NCBI RefSeq assembly: GCF_964355755.1
Contig: NC_092672.1
Location: 28,588,437 to 28,652,436 of the forward strand
DNA: 64,000 bases
Origin: Antedon mediterranea
Taxonomy: Eukaryota > Animalia > Echinodermata
Direction: 5' to 3'
Below the pieces are notes generated by a model that was not told the DNA's origin, made no database searches, and saw only the letters and a list, made by a program, of their open reading frames with translations. The position numbers were made by a program, and so were the translations under genes. How positions within the stretch are numbered: position 1 is the stretch's first letter; every line of letters starts with the position of its first letter. This document shows, piece by piece, positions 50,301 through 62,229 of this stretch.

Positions 50301-53300
50301 CCTACGGTTTCTCAGGGGTAAGATTGTAACATTAAAAAAAATAAACGCCTATACATTATGTGACGGCGTAAACGCACTAAATGTAGACCATAGACATATT
50401 GCTTCGTGTACATCAGCAATATACGTGTTTGATTTTGATGTTTAGGCTCTATAGCCTAAAACAAATTGCATGTGTTTTACGTAAATTTGTTAAACATGCA
50501 GTGTTCAACTCGTCTATACACGTTTGCGTAAACGACATGTTACATGTGTAGACGCGACGTGTTTGACACATCAGTATTGTATTGTGCAATTGACGTTAAA
50601 TGTATATCGATTCGTACGGTATACCGTAGGACACACGATCATAAAAATAATCCAGTGGACGCGACACGCTAGAAAATAAGCTAAATCGGCAAACATATAG
50701 TGTGTACCAAACCTAGTAGACATAACTACAAAGCAACTTGAATTAAACGCGTTATACATCCACATTATCATCTATAAATTATTATTATTATTATTACTAA
50801 ATTATTAATGTAGTTTGTATTAACATGTGCCAATACACTATTATTCAAATACACCTCCGTAAACAATGGGTAGGCAAACTATTATTGTTATCGCAGAGAA
50901 TAATCATTTTCTCCATGGTTACTTTAATTAACACGCTTTCAAAGATTAGATGTACATTACCGCTACTAATGAACAAAATAAATATTTGAAAGCCCATTAT
51001 GCTTTCTTATGACACGTTTTTAATAGCTAAATATAGATAAATGAACATATTTCATTACATATTAAGTAGTTTCTCTCCAATAAGCTCCATAAACAAGCAT
51101 CATTAATCGGAAATATTTCATGTTAAATTTATTATACCCAACTTTGAGACAATATCAATTATTAAGATACATGTTTCATGTAGCTGTTTATTACAATGTA
51201 ATGAGGTTCTGTCAATATCTTTATTTATAACCATTTGAAGTGTAGAACTTGTCTCTTTAACAATATAACATACCGCAATTACAAGTCGTGGACCTTAATT
51301 AACAAAAGGGCAATAAATATAGGCCTATGTAGTTTGATCTGTTCCAGGATGTATATTATGGCGTTGATACAAATTAACAATATCAATTTCATTTCATCTT
51401 TTATTTATGAAAAAAAAAATACATAGTACAACATTCTCGATAGCTCAAGAACAAATTAGTGTCTACATTATTATAAATATAAAGGAAAATACATATAAAT
51501 ATATAAATAAACCGACGCCACATAGTCACATGGTTAATACAATAGCTTCTAGATTGGATGATGGAAGAGCAAAATCATAAATGCATTTCGTGACCATATT
51601 GCCTGTCCTCCCTAACCTGCACAACATGCCATACACCACTTTACACTGAAGTTCATAGAATGGACAAATGTGGTTTTCTACAAACATGGTGCTGGCACTG
51701 CATGACCTAGGTTTAAAGGAGCATTGTTGAAGTACACCTTTAGTGCTTCCATAGATAAACCAATTATTATATTTGTTCTTGGTCTTTGTATACAGGTTCT
51801 AACTGGTGCTGCAACGTGTTTCTATGCTTTTATCGGATTTGACATAATAGCAACGACTGGTGAAGAGGCTAAGGACCCCAGCCGTTCAATTCCTATTGCT
51901 ATCATTGTTTCTCTTGTCATTTGTCTTATTGGCAAGTATAAATCATTTAAGTCATTGGTAATATTCTCTCCCCCACTTTCCATTTTTTTTTTATTATCAA
52001 TTAATTGTTTTCGTTGTCTTCACGTTCTGTTCATTTTTGTCTACACCAAACTATTATCCATCCCAATCATTACCTTAAATTATCAACGTCAGTAGGCCTA
52101 TCATTACACCTCCTCCACAACATCATCCTAAAAAACTTTAGATTTTCAACGTATTGAGTTTTAAAGTAGCCCGTCTTAATCCGCATACTCACAATAAATA
52201 AACATGACGTCATCATGTTTGTCGCAAATCGAAAGTCCCGTTATTGTCATTGGAACTATCAACTAGACAATTATATTTTTCTTTATAATAGGTCGCCAAT
52301 CATTTTCTTTTAAAATACTATAAGCTTTTATGTTATACTTCCAGGCTATGTAACAGTGAGTATGGTGCTAACGCTAGCCGTGCCCTACTATCGAATCAAC
52401 CCAGAGTCGCCTCTGATGGATATGTTTGTAATGAACCACGCCGTCAACGGAAAATACCTGGTAGCGATTGGTGCTGTAGCCGGCTTAACGGTCAGTCTTC
52501 TAGGCTCAATATTTCCTATGCCTAGAGTTATATATGCTATGTCAACAGATGGCCTACTATTTAGGTGAGTTATTTGTCAAATATTACTGTAGAAAAAATG
52601 TGTTACATCCTCTTTGGAGCATTATTTGACCGTTTAAATAGCAAGCCATCGCTTAATTCAGTGATACTTAGACCGACAACCCAAAGGTACCAAATTCAGT
52701 ATTACAGTTCTATAAATACCTGGAAATGTAATGCATTAGCGTAACACAGGTAAAAGGGGCCTTTAGTTTAGTATTTCTGGTGGACTCTCCAGCACTGGGC
52801 CCCTTAAGCTCCGAGCCCCCGTGTTAGCCAGTGGGTGCTCATAGGCGTTACGTTAATGGTCTAACGCTATACTAATAAACATAATTAATTTTAATGTGCT
52901 ACGTAACTTAACTACGTTACTTAATAATAATATTGTGTTATGAATACTTCAATTATTTAGGTTTCTTTCGAACATCAATGTCAGGACACAAACACCAGCT
53001 GTAGCGACAATAATCTCCGGATTACTCGCTGCCATCATGGCCTTACTTGTGAAATTAGGAGACCTGATAGAAATGATGTCAATCGGAACACTCCTGGCTT
53101 ACACATTGGTTTCAATGAGCGTCCTTATTTTACGGTATCAACCGTACACAGACATCAAAATGTCAATTAACACTACCTTTGAGTATGAGACATTTGATAA
53201 CGATGAAATAGAAGAAGCGAAAGCGGAGGTCAATGGAGCGAGTCAACATCAGCAGACGAAAGTTAACGAAGATGGCAGTGTATCACTTCTAAAAAATACA

Positions 53301-55707
53301 TCGTCATCAGTTAACGAAGCACCGAAATCTAAACAATCATACGGAGCAGTGGAACAAGAGAACCAGGATGACGGGTTCAAATCATACTCTGATAAAGATT
53401 TGACTTTATCTAGATTAAGAGAAAGAATGTACAACTTGTATTCGGAAATTCGTAGAATTTTAGGATTTTCTGCTGATAACAAACTTCCAAGTGCAGCGTC
53501 AGGTCGTTCTGTGACCTACTCAACGTTATGTTTATTTGCACTGATATTTATTTTATGTTCATTAGCAATTTACGGTCAGAGAGATCATTCAAGATGGTGG
53601 GTGAAAATCCTGATCATAATCTTTATAGCTCTAATTGTTGCGTGTATATTGAATATAGTTCGTCAACCACAGAATCCAGACAAGTTAAAATTTATGGCAC
53701 CCGCCGTACCTTTATTACCTATAGCTGCTATGTTCATTAATATTTACCTGATGCTAAATCTATCTACCCTCACATGGATCCGATTTGGTGTGTGGATGGC
53801 AATCGGTAAGTTTTAAAAGCCTAGTCTGCAACCTATTTTAAACTAGAGAATTTTATATTTCAAACTCAACAATCTTCAAGTTTTTCAAACTTTACAGTTA
53901 ACAAACTTGGCACACTAAAGAAACTGATTTGGAAAAATTAGTGAAGTGAAGTTTCTTAACAAATTAGATTACAGAGGTTTGTCAGCAAATCGAATCACAG
54001 TCTTTGATCCCATCATCAATATATATATATATCTTTGCTTCGCTGAGTTTAAAAACATCAGCAAACTAGGTTGCACGGCATAACTTCTGCAAAGAATTTT
54101 TTTAAAGTTTGTCAAAAGGAAAAGAAATGTTTACGGGAGTTCCACAAGGGTACTGTGGCGTAATCGCGCCTACCAGTGCTTAATATCATTTCTATAAGTT
54201 CTATTTCGTTCTTGCTTTTTTCCAATTCCCTTTGGAAAATATGTAAACCTAGTCTACACTAGAAAAGAACATTTTTGTTTGCAAACTCAAGTTTGCTAGT
54301 GTACACAAGTGGTCGAACACTAGACAACATTTCTTGAACGAATACCATTGTAGGCTTTACTTTCTAGGACTAATTTTTAAAATTGCTTTTTTTCATTTCA
54401 CTTTGTACAAAATTCAGAATCAAAATCAAAATGTAATCCAAAAAATAATACTACGAAATAATTACGGTCATAGCATAATAATATAATATACTGATATTAT
54501 CAAATGTTACCATTTTAAAATAACTATGACATACCAGAAATAACTCAGAGTTTCACACAATTTATCGCTGAATATTTGTCGAATCTTATGCTGGTAAGTT
54601 TACATTTATAACGGGTTTATTCATTACATATTACGCCATAATTTAGTAACTTATTAAAAATTGTTTGTGAAAGATGTAGTTATCCACATAATTTCTGATA
54701 AACAGAAGAAAGAATAAGTTTTCTTTTATTATGAAAGAGTTCTCTTTGTCATGCCTCGTCGTACGACGCTGTCTGAGCTGGCCTTAACTTTATTACTGTT
54801 TTCATTTGTTATCAGGTCTTATTATTTACTTCGGTTATGGAATTCGAAATAGTAATATAGAACCAAGATGTGTTAACATTACCAGCCGATCGTCTGATGG
54901 TAAAGACGCCATTTTGATGGGCACGAAAACGCCAGATGTAAGTGTTTACTTTTGATTAATAAAAATAATTAAAATTCGTTTTATTGTATGTCAACCACCC
55001 GACGCAGGTTGTAACATTAATTTGAAAATAATGCTGTCGGTGACAAAAAATGACCTCAAAATGTTTCACCTAGGAAGCCACCATACTTGCATTCAATTTT
55101 CCTTGATTGTTTTTAGAAAGAGACTGGCTTTTTTGGTGATCAATTTTGACCCGAACATTCCAGTTATAAATTATTTTATACTAATTTGTACCTCAATGAA
55201 TAACTTAAAGTTTATAGTAACAGTAAGTATGCATTTACATGTTCATTCAGCCAGCAGATACTACAGTAGTCTATTTGTTTACGAAAGTTTTTCGCCGGTA
55301 TGGACGGGACCATTTGTTTACGATTTTTTCCAACCGACATAAACTGAACTGGACCGTTTGTTTATGAATGCCGATCTATTATAGAGGACGCTATACGTTA
55401 AAAAAAATACTGCAAACCCATTAGGGTGCTATTAAAAATCTAGTAAACGTTATTTAAATCATTAAGGTGCCAAAGGTGGAAATGCTGTACCGAAATTGAC
55501 TATACCATTTTGTTTACGAATGTTTCCAGCCGGTAAATGGATTCTACGGAATAAAACTGTACATACTGCGTATTATAATAGAAATATAACTAATCTTCCT
55601 ATTTTCAGGTTGCTACTTCAGCGTCTATCATTCCAGCTCATGCTAGAAAAATGGCGGACAGTTCATACAGTGAACCATCGTCTGTTTCGTCAGACGGTGA
55701 GCAGTGA
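41364..55707 (+). CDS. SLC7A14: SLC7A14-like (probable cationic amino acid transporter; gene 5); coding exons 41364-41622, 49659-49895, 50109-50317, 51796-51931, 52345-52564, 52961-53805, 54816-54937, 55609-55707
   Basis: Signature strings [100 protein letters not shown]. All junctions in phase. The last exon is less certain. Confidence 0.9.
42234..42460 (-). mobile_element. RTE-clade LINE 3' fragment
   Basis: [17 protein letters not shown] motif with a gaagaag-type tail. Confidence 0.65.
43423..43603 (-). mobile_element. tRNA-derived SINE (second family), degraded
   Basis: Minus strand ggagctgtagcttgttgattaagg..gggttcaatc (A/B-box-like) with an (ataaa)n tail. Confidence 0.55.
44461..44639. 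mobile_element. PIF/Harbinger-like palindromic MITE, TTA TSD
   Basis: tta-agcgtggttcccactag..ctagtgggaaccaagct-tta. Related pieces at 23373-23423, 58437-58541 and 61138-61255. Confidence 0.88.
44925..45040. mobile_element. Second copy of the agctctgtc MITE
   Basis: Matches 37009-37158. Confidence 0.8.
46012..47440. repeat. 23-bp minisatellite (gatgatacgagtaagaaattgat), ~46 regular copies grading into (GAT)n
   Basis: Period 23 (acgag at 46035, 46058, ...). Variant block with gatggtgat at ~46877-47090. Confidence 0.97.
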
Positions 55708-55903
55708 CGTTGTTGTTGGCGTTCGCTGGATGGTAGTTTGTAGAGGAGTTTGTACAGTTTGCCTCCTTGCCAGACCATTAGATGTAATCCTGAAAAGTGC
55801 AATAATATTATTAGTTAAATGAGTATGTAGATATTTGTATAGTAGAATAGTATTGACGTTTTGTTATTAAATTACAATATCGGTGGCACGCCGCTGTTAT
55901 AGA

Positions 55904-55942
55904 CATGGAGGTATAACAATACACATTTATAACAACTCCATG
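55904..55942. mobile_element. 39-bp palindrome with perfect 8-bp TSD (putative excision footprint) in the presumed 3' UTR of gene 5
   Basis: gttataga-catggaggtataac..ttataacaactccatg-gttataga. Confidence 0.75.
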
Positions 55943-57739
55943 GTTATAGACCTAGAAATATCTACATATAAAATAAATTAAGTTGCCTACTCTTTTCTGT
56001 TAATGAACGATTAAGATGTTAATAATTGATTTCTCGTTTTAATTCATATGGCAAATGTGTTTTTGTCACGTGAAAGGGAATATATGAATAGGTCGTTTAC
56101 CTTTAGAGAAGTTTATATTTGAAAGATATTACTGATGGAAAAGTAAAAAGAAATATTCTTGAGGAAGGAATGGTGCAATGTTGGTAGATGGCATTTAAGG
56201 AAACATATGAGAGATATGGAAACATAAAAAGAAAATCTTACGATTAAAAAGTTGACCTGAGTCAAAAATATACAAAATATAGGCTTACAAAGTAAAAATG
56301 TTAATGTTTCCAATGATCATAATTTGCTAGCAATTTTCCTTTGTTTCATAATTATGGTTTTTCCCAAAAGGAAAGTAAACGCGTTTATACTGGGTAAAAC
56401 GCGTTTTGTTTCCTGTGCACGAACCAAGCTTTGTCAAGCGGCGGCAGTATTTAGCAATATAAATCCTATAAAGTTCAATTTGGTGTTAATAAATTATATA
56501 TTCCAAAAAATATTATAAAATTTAGGTATAAATCATTATTATAATTAATAGTATTGTTATAAAATATTATATATAGGCTATAATAGCATTTATAAGTTTA
56601 GTTATAATTCGTCTATTATACGTACAAATGCATTTAATTGCTACATCTGTATAAAATAATAAAAGCAAATAGATTTTTTCACTGGTCTATTATGTGTGGA
56701 AGTGGTAGTACCATTCTATTAGATGTCCATTCCATAAAAATAAAAGTTATTTAAAGTAAGTTTTTGTTTAATTGTCATGTGTACCAAAACAATTACTAAT
56801 GTGCATCTGTAGACTAAGCCTAATCAAGAAGACATTTTTTAAATTGTTTACGAGTAAGGTCTACTACTACACAAAAGCTGACTGTATTACATTAAATGTG
56901 TATTTCATTGTTCTCTTCTTACCCGTGTAGTTTATCCTAGGCCCTAACCTACTCACAGAAATATCGCGTAATCCGTGTATTGTAAGTACTTAATACAGTC
57001 AGACACATATCTAGATGACTTGTGATAGTCAGTGAGACTCTATCTACTGACATGCTGAAGATTAGGTCAACAGCGTAACTACCCGTCAGAAAGATGAGGT
57101 GTCGCATAACAAAAAATGATGAATTATCAGGCAGTGATCGGCCTAGTTCATGGATCAAAGAATAGGAGGATGTGCATTAGTTTGAGATCAAGAGTTCCAT
57201 GACTCTAGCCGACAGCCCACAATGTTACAGTTTAATTAACCGCATGGTAACAACGAAACGGTCGCATGTCTAATATATTGATTACTGCACATGTGCAACG
57301 ATATTTAAGCTTGTTGGCTACGCTTCTTTCGCGCGTTCTTTGGTGGCATGATGTTTGTAGATGCTATCATTGTAATTAGTATAGGTTTCTGCCGCGATTG
57401 ATCTATGCTAATGTTTTTTATGACCTGTAGTAGCCCTACATCTGAGACAATAACTATTTGTTGTCTCATTTGTTGTAAAATTACTATCAGCCTAGCCTAG
57501 GCCCAGGCCTTCTAGGCTTAAACTAGTAAATCATATGATTTACCGACATTGATAGGTATGCCTAGGTTAATCTTAAGTGTAGTAGATACAACGTGTAATC
57601 ATGATTTATATACTCACCGTTGTCTACTTCTTGTGTGAATAATAATATAGTAATAGACAAGGTACTTCGTTTGTTCATGATTAAGTTTGCCTTGCGTGTA
57701 TTTTTCAATCGCTAGGTAACGAATCGCAACTATACATAG

Positions 57740-57835
57740 CCAGCCAATCCCGGATCAGGGATCGCTGTTTTCATTCGATTATGCCCTGTGATTGGATGTG
57801 ATGTGGATGACATAACCATGCTAGCCAATCACCAG
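57740..57835. promoter_or_regulatory. Cluster of CCAAT boxes (possible promoter)
   Basis: agccaatc (57743), gattgg (57790) and agccaatca (57822) within ~90 bp. Confidence 0.35.
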
Positions 57836-58685
57836 GAACTACAGTTTAAATATAATTACATCGATAATTAAGGAGATTTATGAAGAAACCACTGCTTTGC
57901 CATATATTAAAAACACGATTGTTGTATGTGTGGACACAGGACACACTAACAACATACATGGTCAAATGCATAAATTAATATTCTATAGATGAATGAAATT
58001 TTTAATGACAGAAGATGACAGGCTCATATGGTAATATCAAATATAAAAATTGCATATTTTATTAAAATTAACAGTCGTAAGAAAGTGAACTTGTCGTAGT
58101 CCGATTGTGATGAAACTAAAACGGAATTGTTCAGCAATATATTGTTGTTGTCAATTAATCATCGAAGCAGACATGTCAATAGAACATTCAGACTGCGCAT
58201 ACGATTTCTACATGGCTACGTTTTGTTCTTAAAAAATGTAGCAGTTGATTCGCAGCGTTCTACAGAGTTCAATGAGCGTGTTTGTTTGAGTGGCAGCAGT
58301 ACTTTAGTATAGGCAAGTGCGTTTGAAAATCGTTTGATGTCACAGTCGATGCACATCCTTCTATTTTTTAATCCATGGTCATACTCGTAAAAATTGATAA
58401 ATTTATATAAGTTTCAACTTTTGTAAGGAATTTTCAAGTTTGTTCCCACTAGGACGCTACACAATGACAACGCAAACATTTGACCAACTAAACTGTCTCT
58501 TGTCATTGGTCCTTGCTTTGTGTCCTAGTGGAAACCAAGTTTTAATACTATATCTTAGGGTGTGTAGAAAGCGATGACCTCGAATTGGACGACCCCAACG
58601 ACCCGGACGACCTCGAATTGGATGACCTAGAATATTTTTGTTTGTTTGTTTTTATTTCTTGCTCATATAAAAATAACAGTGGTAC

Positions 58686-58720
<35 letters not shown>

Positions 58721-59261
58721 GTCGCAGACTTAACAAACAACAAAATCTGAACAAAGACAACAACAAAAAACGAGTAGGAGCAAAGGATAACCCTCTAAAC
58801 CCGGAGGTTTGTATCCTGAGGGGTCAACCCATAACACAAAACCAACGACCCCTATAGCCTAGCCTAGCCTAGGCCTAAGTGTGGTATATAACATCCCGAA
58901 GCCGAACATAGCCAAAGATCTTTAAACCATACCTTATATAATACTCGCAAGCAAGCAATTGATTGAAAAAATACAGAAATATCGCCATTTGATACTAATG
59001 TGTCGACACGAACAAACAAACAGATATGGAACGCCAAGAGTGCATCATTAAAACTGCATGCGACTCGATTATCCTGGTATTTTGCCATGTTTATGATATT
59101 TCGTGTGCTAGGTTTAACCACGTGAATACGTGATTGATTTAATAATTGCACTATATCGTGTGCGCATCGCAATGATGAATTTATAAACAATGTGTAGGGA
59201 CAATCAACGATACGAACATTGTAAGGAGGCTTACTGTAGGCCTACTACCCTTTCTAACATT

Positions 59262-60518
59262 CAGTGGCGTATCGAGGATTTTTAAGTTGGGGGGTGGGGG
59301 GGCGGGAATTGCCAATTTGCCGACAAAATTGGTGTCATTATCTGTACATACACGACGTCTCTGATCAATATATGTTCTAGGATTACATAGTCATATTGTC
59401 TTATATGGGATAACGATGCAAAATTAAAACCAAACCAACATTATCTGTTAGTATGTTGTATTCATATTACAATAAACATGGAGTAAAGAAAGAATTAGGA
59501 AAATCTGACTTGTAGTTTTTGAAATATAGGGTCTAAAACATCGCCGAAAATGATCGTTTTTAGCCACGAAAGAAGTAAAACAATTTGCGGCCTCAGTCGA
59601 CAATTCTATTAACTACGCCATTTTTGGTTAAAATAATTACATATAATTACGTTTTTTAGTAATTTATTTTATATATCACCATTGGAAATATCAATAAAAC
59701 ATGTTATTCAATGCTTATAAAATATATAAAGTTGTTTACTTAACGGAATTCGGACAAATTCATTGCTCTAACTTTGTGTAGTAACGATCAGAGAGATTCA
59801 TGGTACACGCGCGAGAGAAAACATTCCGCTGCGGGTGTTCGCATCCACCAATCAAATCAGCTAGAATCCTAAATCACAACCGTGAGCAATGCCAATCGCG
59901 AGAAAGCTCAGCTTTGATTGGCTTACGATGACATCATATCACAAAATGGTGGTTTTGTAGTTGAGCCTCACGGAATATTCTGTTCCAAAAATGAAATACA
60001 TGGATATTTTTTATGGTATATGTGCTTTTTCTTTAAAAATTTTGAATAATAAAGGCCTCATATCGAGAAAAAAAACCCCGGGTTTTTGGCACTTAGGCCT
60101 ATAATAAATATATCTTAGACAAAATAGCACATGGCATGTGGAACTATATAATCTCTTAGAGTAGGAAGACATACACATCTCAGGTCATGAGAGGCTCAAC
60201 TGCATGCAAAAACAAGGTTTTAGGGTAAGGTCAAAGACTTTTGAGTAAACAATCTACTGCGTACGGCCGCCGTACGTACGTGCTACACATTTTTAACGTG
60301 TTTCGTTAGATGTAATGAAAATAAAAAATAGTTGATCTGAAGGGATCAATGATGATATGATATGTAAATAAACAAACACTCAAAAGAATTATGTTTACAG
60401 TTCAATTATTGTCAGAATAAATAGTTTATTTTTTTCCCCGGCACCTTTGTTTGCCGACGGCCGCGATGATGTGCCGATGGAAACGAAATCAGGGGGGCCC
60501 CTACTGGATATGCCACTG
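59262..60518. mobile_element. hAT-like non-autonomous element with perfect 8-bp TSD
   Basis: ctaacatt-cagtggcgtatcgag ... ctggatatgccactg-ctaacatt. Confidence 0.88.
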
Positions 60519-61590
60519 CTAACATTAAAGTTTGACCTCATGTCGCTTTTACGCAAACACTTTTCTTTTCTATTGAACCACATAAACCGTTACTTTCTCC
60601 CGTGTCTCTCTATTTCTTTTTTTTTAAATGTTTTTTGTATTATTTTGATTTCCGTTACTCGCCTAATACCTGATTCCAGTATACGTATGACACACCATGT
60701 GTGCCAACATGTTTATCCTCAATTTATGCTAGAACCTATACTAAATGTATAAACCGCATACAAGATAACATGGCACAACTGACTTCTAACTAATTCCACA
60801 CGCTGTAACATGTAAAATTACAGATTTGTAAAGTAGAACGTATAACAACAAAAGATCAACATGCATTCTGAAAAGAAAGCATTAGTAGAATTGACAAATT
60901 ACAAAAAGATATATTTCTTCAAGCTAAGCTACAAACAATAAATCACTTTTAAGAGAACGACGTGTAACTGTAGAGGGCGTATATGGAATGCAATCATGCT
61001 GTATGTATGGCTATAAAATAAAGTAATAAATTAATATGGGCTGAAATTAATTGTTCTGCTGCTTTAGTAACAACAACGCAATAGTCTTCATCAACACGCA
61101 AGTGAGTTAACCAATCACTAGTCTGGGCTCCATTCATTTTAACCAATGACAAGCGAAGCTATAGACAGTTAGCAATCACAAGCGAATAAGCCATCGGTCA
61201 ATTCACTTGCGTTGCGTTACGTCCTTGTGTTGCCTTGCTAGTGGGAACCACGCTTCAGACATTGCTCCTAACGTTTCGTCCAAAAATGACCGGAAAATGA
61301 CGTTTCTTTAAGTTTAACCTTTGACCTCGTATTTGTATATCTCTATAACCAATGGTCATTTTCAATCGATTTTGGTGACATTTTGTTCAGAATAAATATA
61401 TTTATATTTGTAGTAATGAAACGTTTTCACATAAAATGACCGGAAATACAATTTATGACCTTTGACATTTATTTTTTGATTTTTAATTATGTAAATATAC
61501 TGTATTTGGTTTATGTTGATTTTATATGCACCTAATTTTGAAGTTTAACCTGATAGGCGTAATTAATATATTATAATACAATTAATTATT

Positions 61591-61900
61591 GTGAGTGAGT
61601 GGCCGAGCGGTTAAGACAGTGGAACCGTAATCACGTAGCCATAACATCGGCAGGGGTTCGAGGCTCACTCGCTCCATGGTTCTGGTGGAAGAACGAGTCT
61701 TCTCGGATAAGGACTATAAACCGTAGGTCCAGTGTACACAACTTGCTCGTGTGAACTTTAAAGAACCTAGTACATCTTTCGAGACGAGTAGGGGGTTACC
61801 CCGGTGTATTAGTACATCACAGCCACTGATCACCAACTGGGCCCTCTGTGAAATCAGTCTTTGACTGAAGAGGTCACCCAGTATAAAGATAAAACAAACA
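61591..61900 (+). mobile_element. Full-length tRNA-derived SINE with a Deu/Nin-like central domain
   Basis: A box tggccgagcgg, B box ggttcgag, core ggataaggactataaaccgtaggtcc..taaagaacc..ttcgagacgagtagggg..ccccggtg, A-rich tail. Confidence 0.85.
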
Positions 61901-62229
61901 ATATTAAATGATTAATGGACTTAATTGTATATACAGTTGTACATAAAATTGGTAAATATTGTGCTAGGTGGTACCATTAGTTCAATGGTGATGGAACCTT
62001 CTGATTGGCTAAAAGTTTTAATAGTTTGGCAGAGGAAATAACATTCATGTTATGGAATACCGTAAACCCTTGAAAAGGTGATATAAGTATGAGCTTCTTT
62101 TCAAGATCAACTGTAATTGAATGTCAAATGAATAGTATGATGATCGTGTTTATATCAATATATTATTAATGACCTTACAATGAACCCTTTATATTCAACA
62201 ATTAAGCCTCAGTTATTCTACAATGTATT

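Noticed and set aside
55250-55366. Alternative last exon of gene 5
   Set aside because: Weak acceptor and repeat-like content; the 55609 acceptor has a better branch point and pyrimidine tract. Cannot be fully excluded without RNA data.
61591-61680. tRNA gene
   Set aside because: No convincing cloverleaf or anticodon arm; continues into a SINE body with a second copy in the window.
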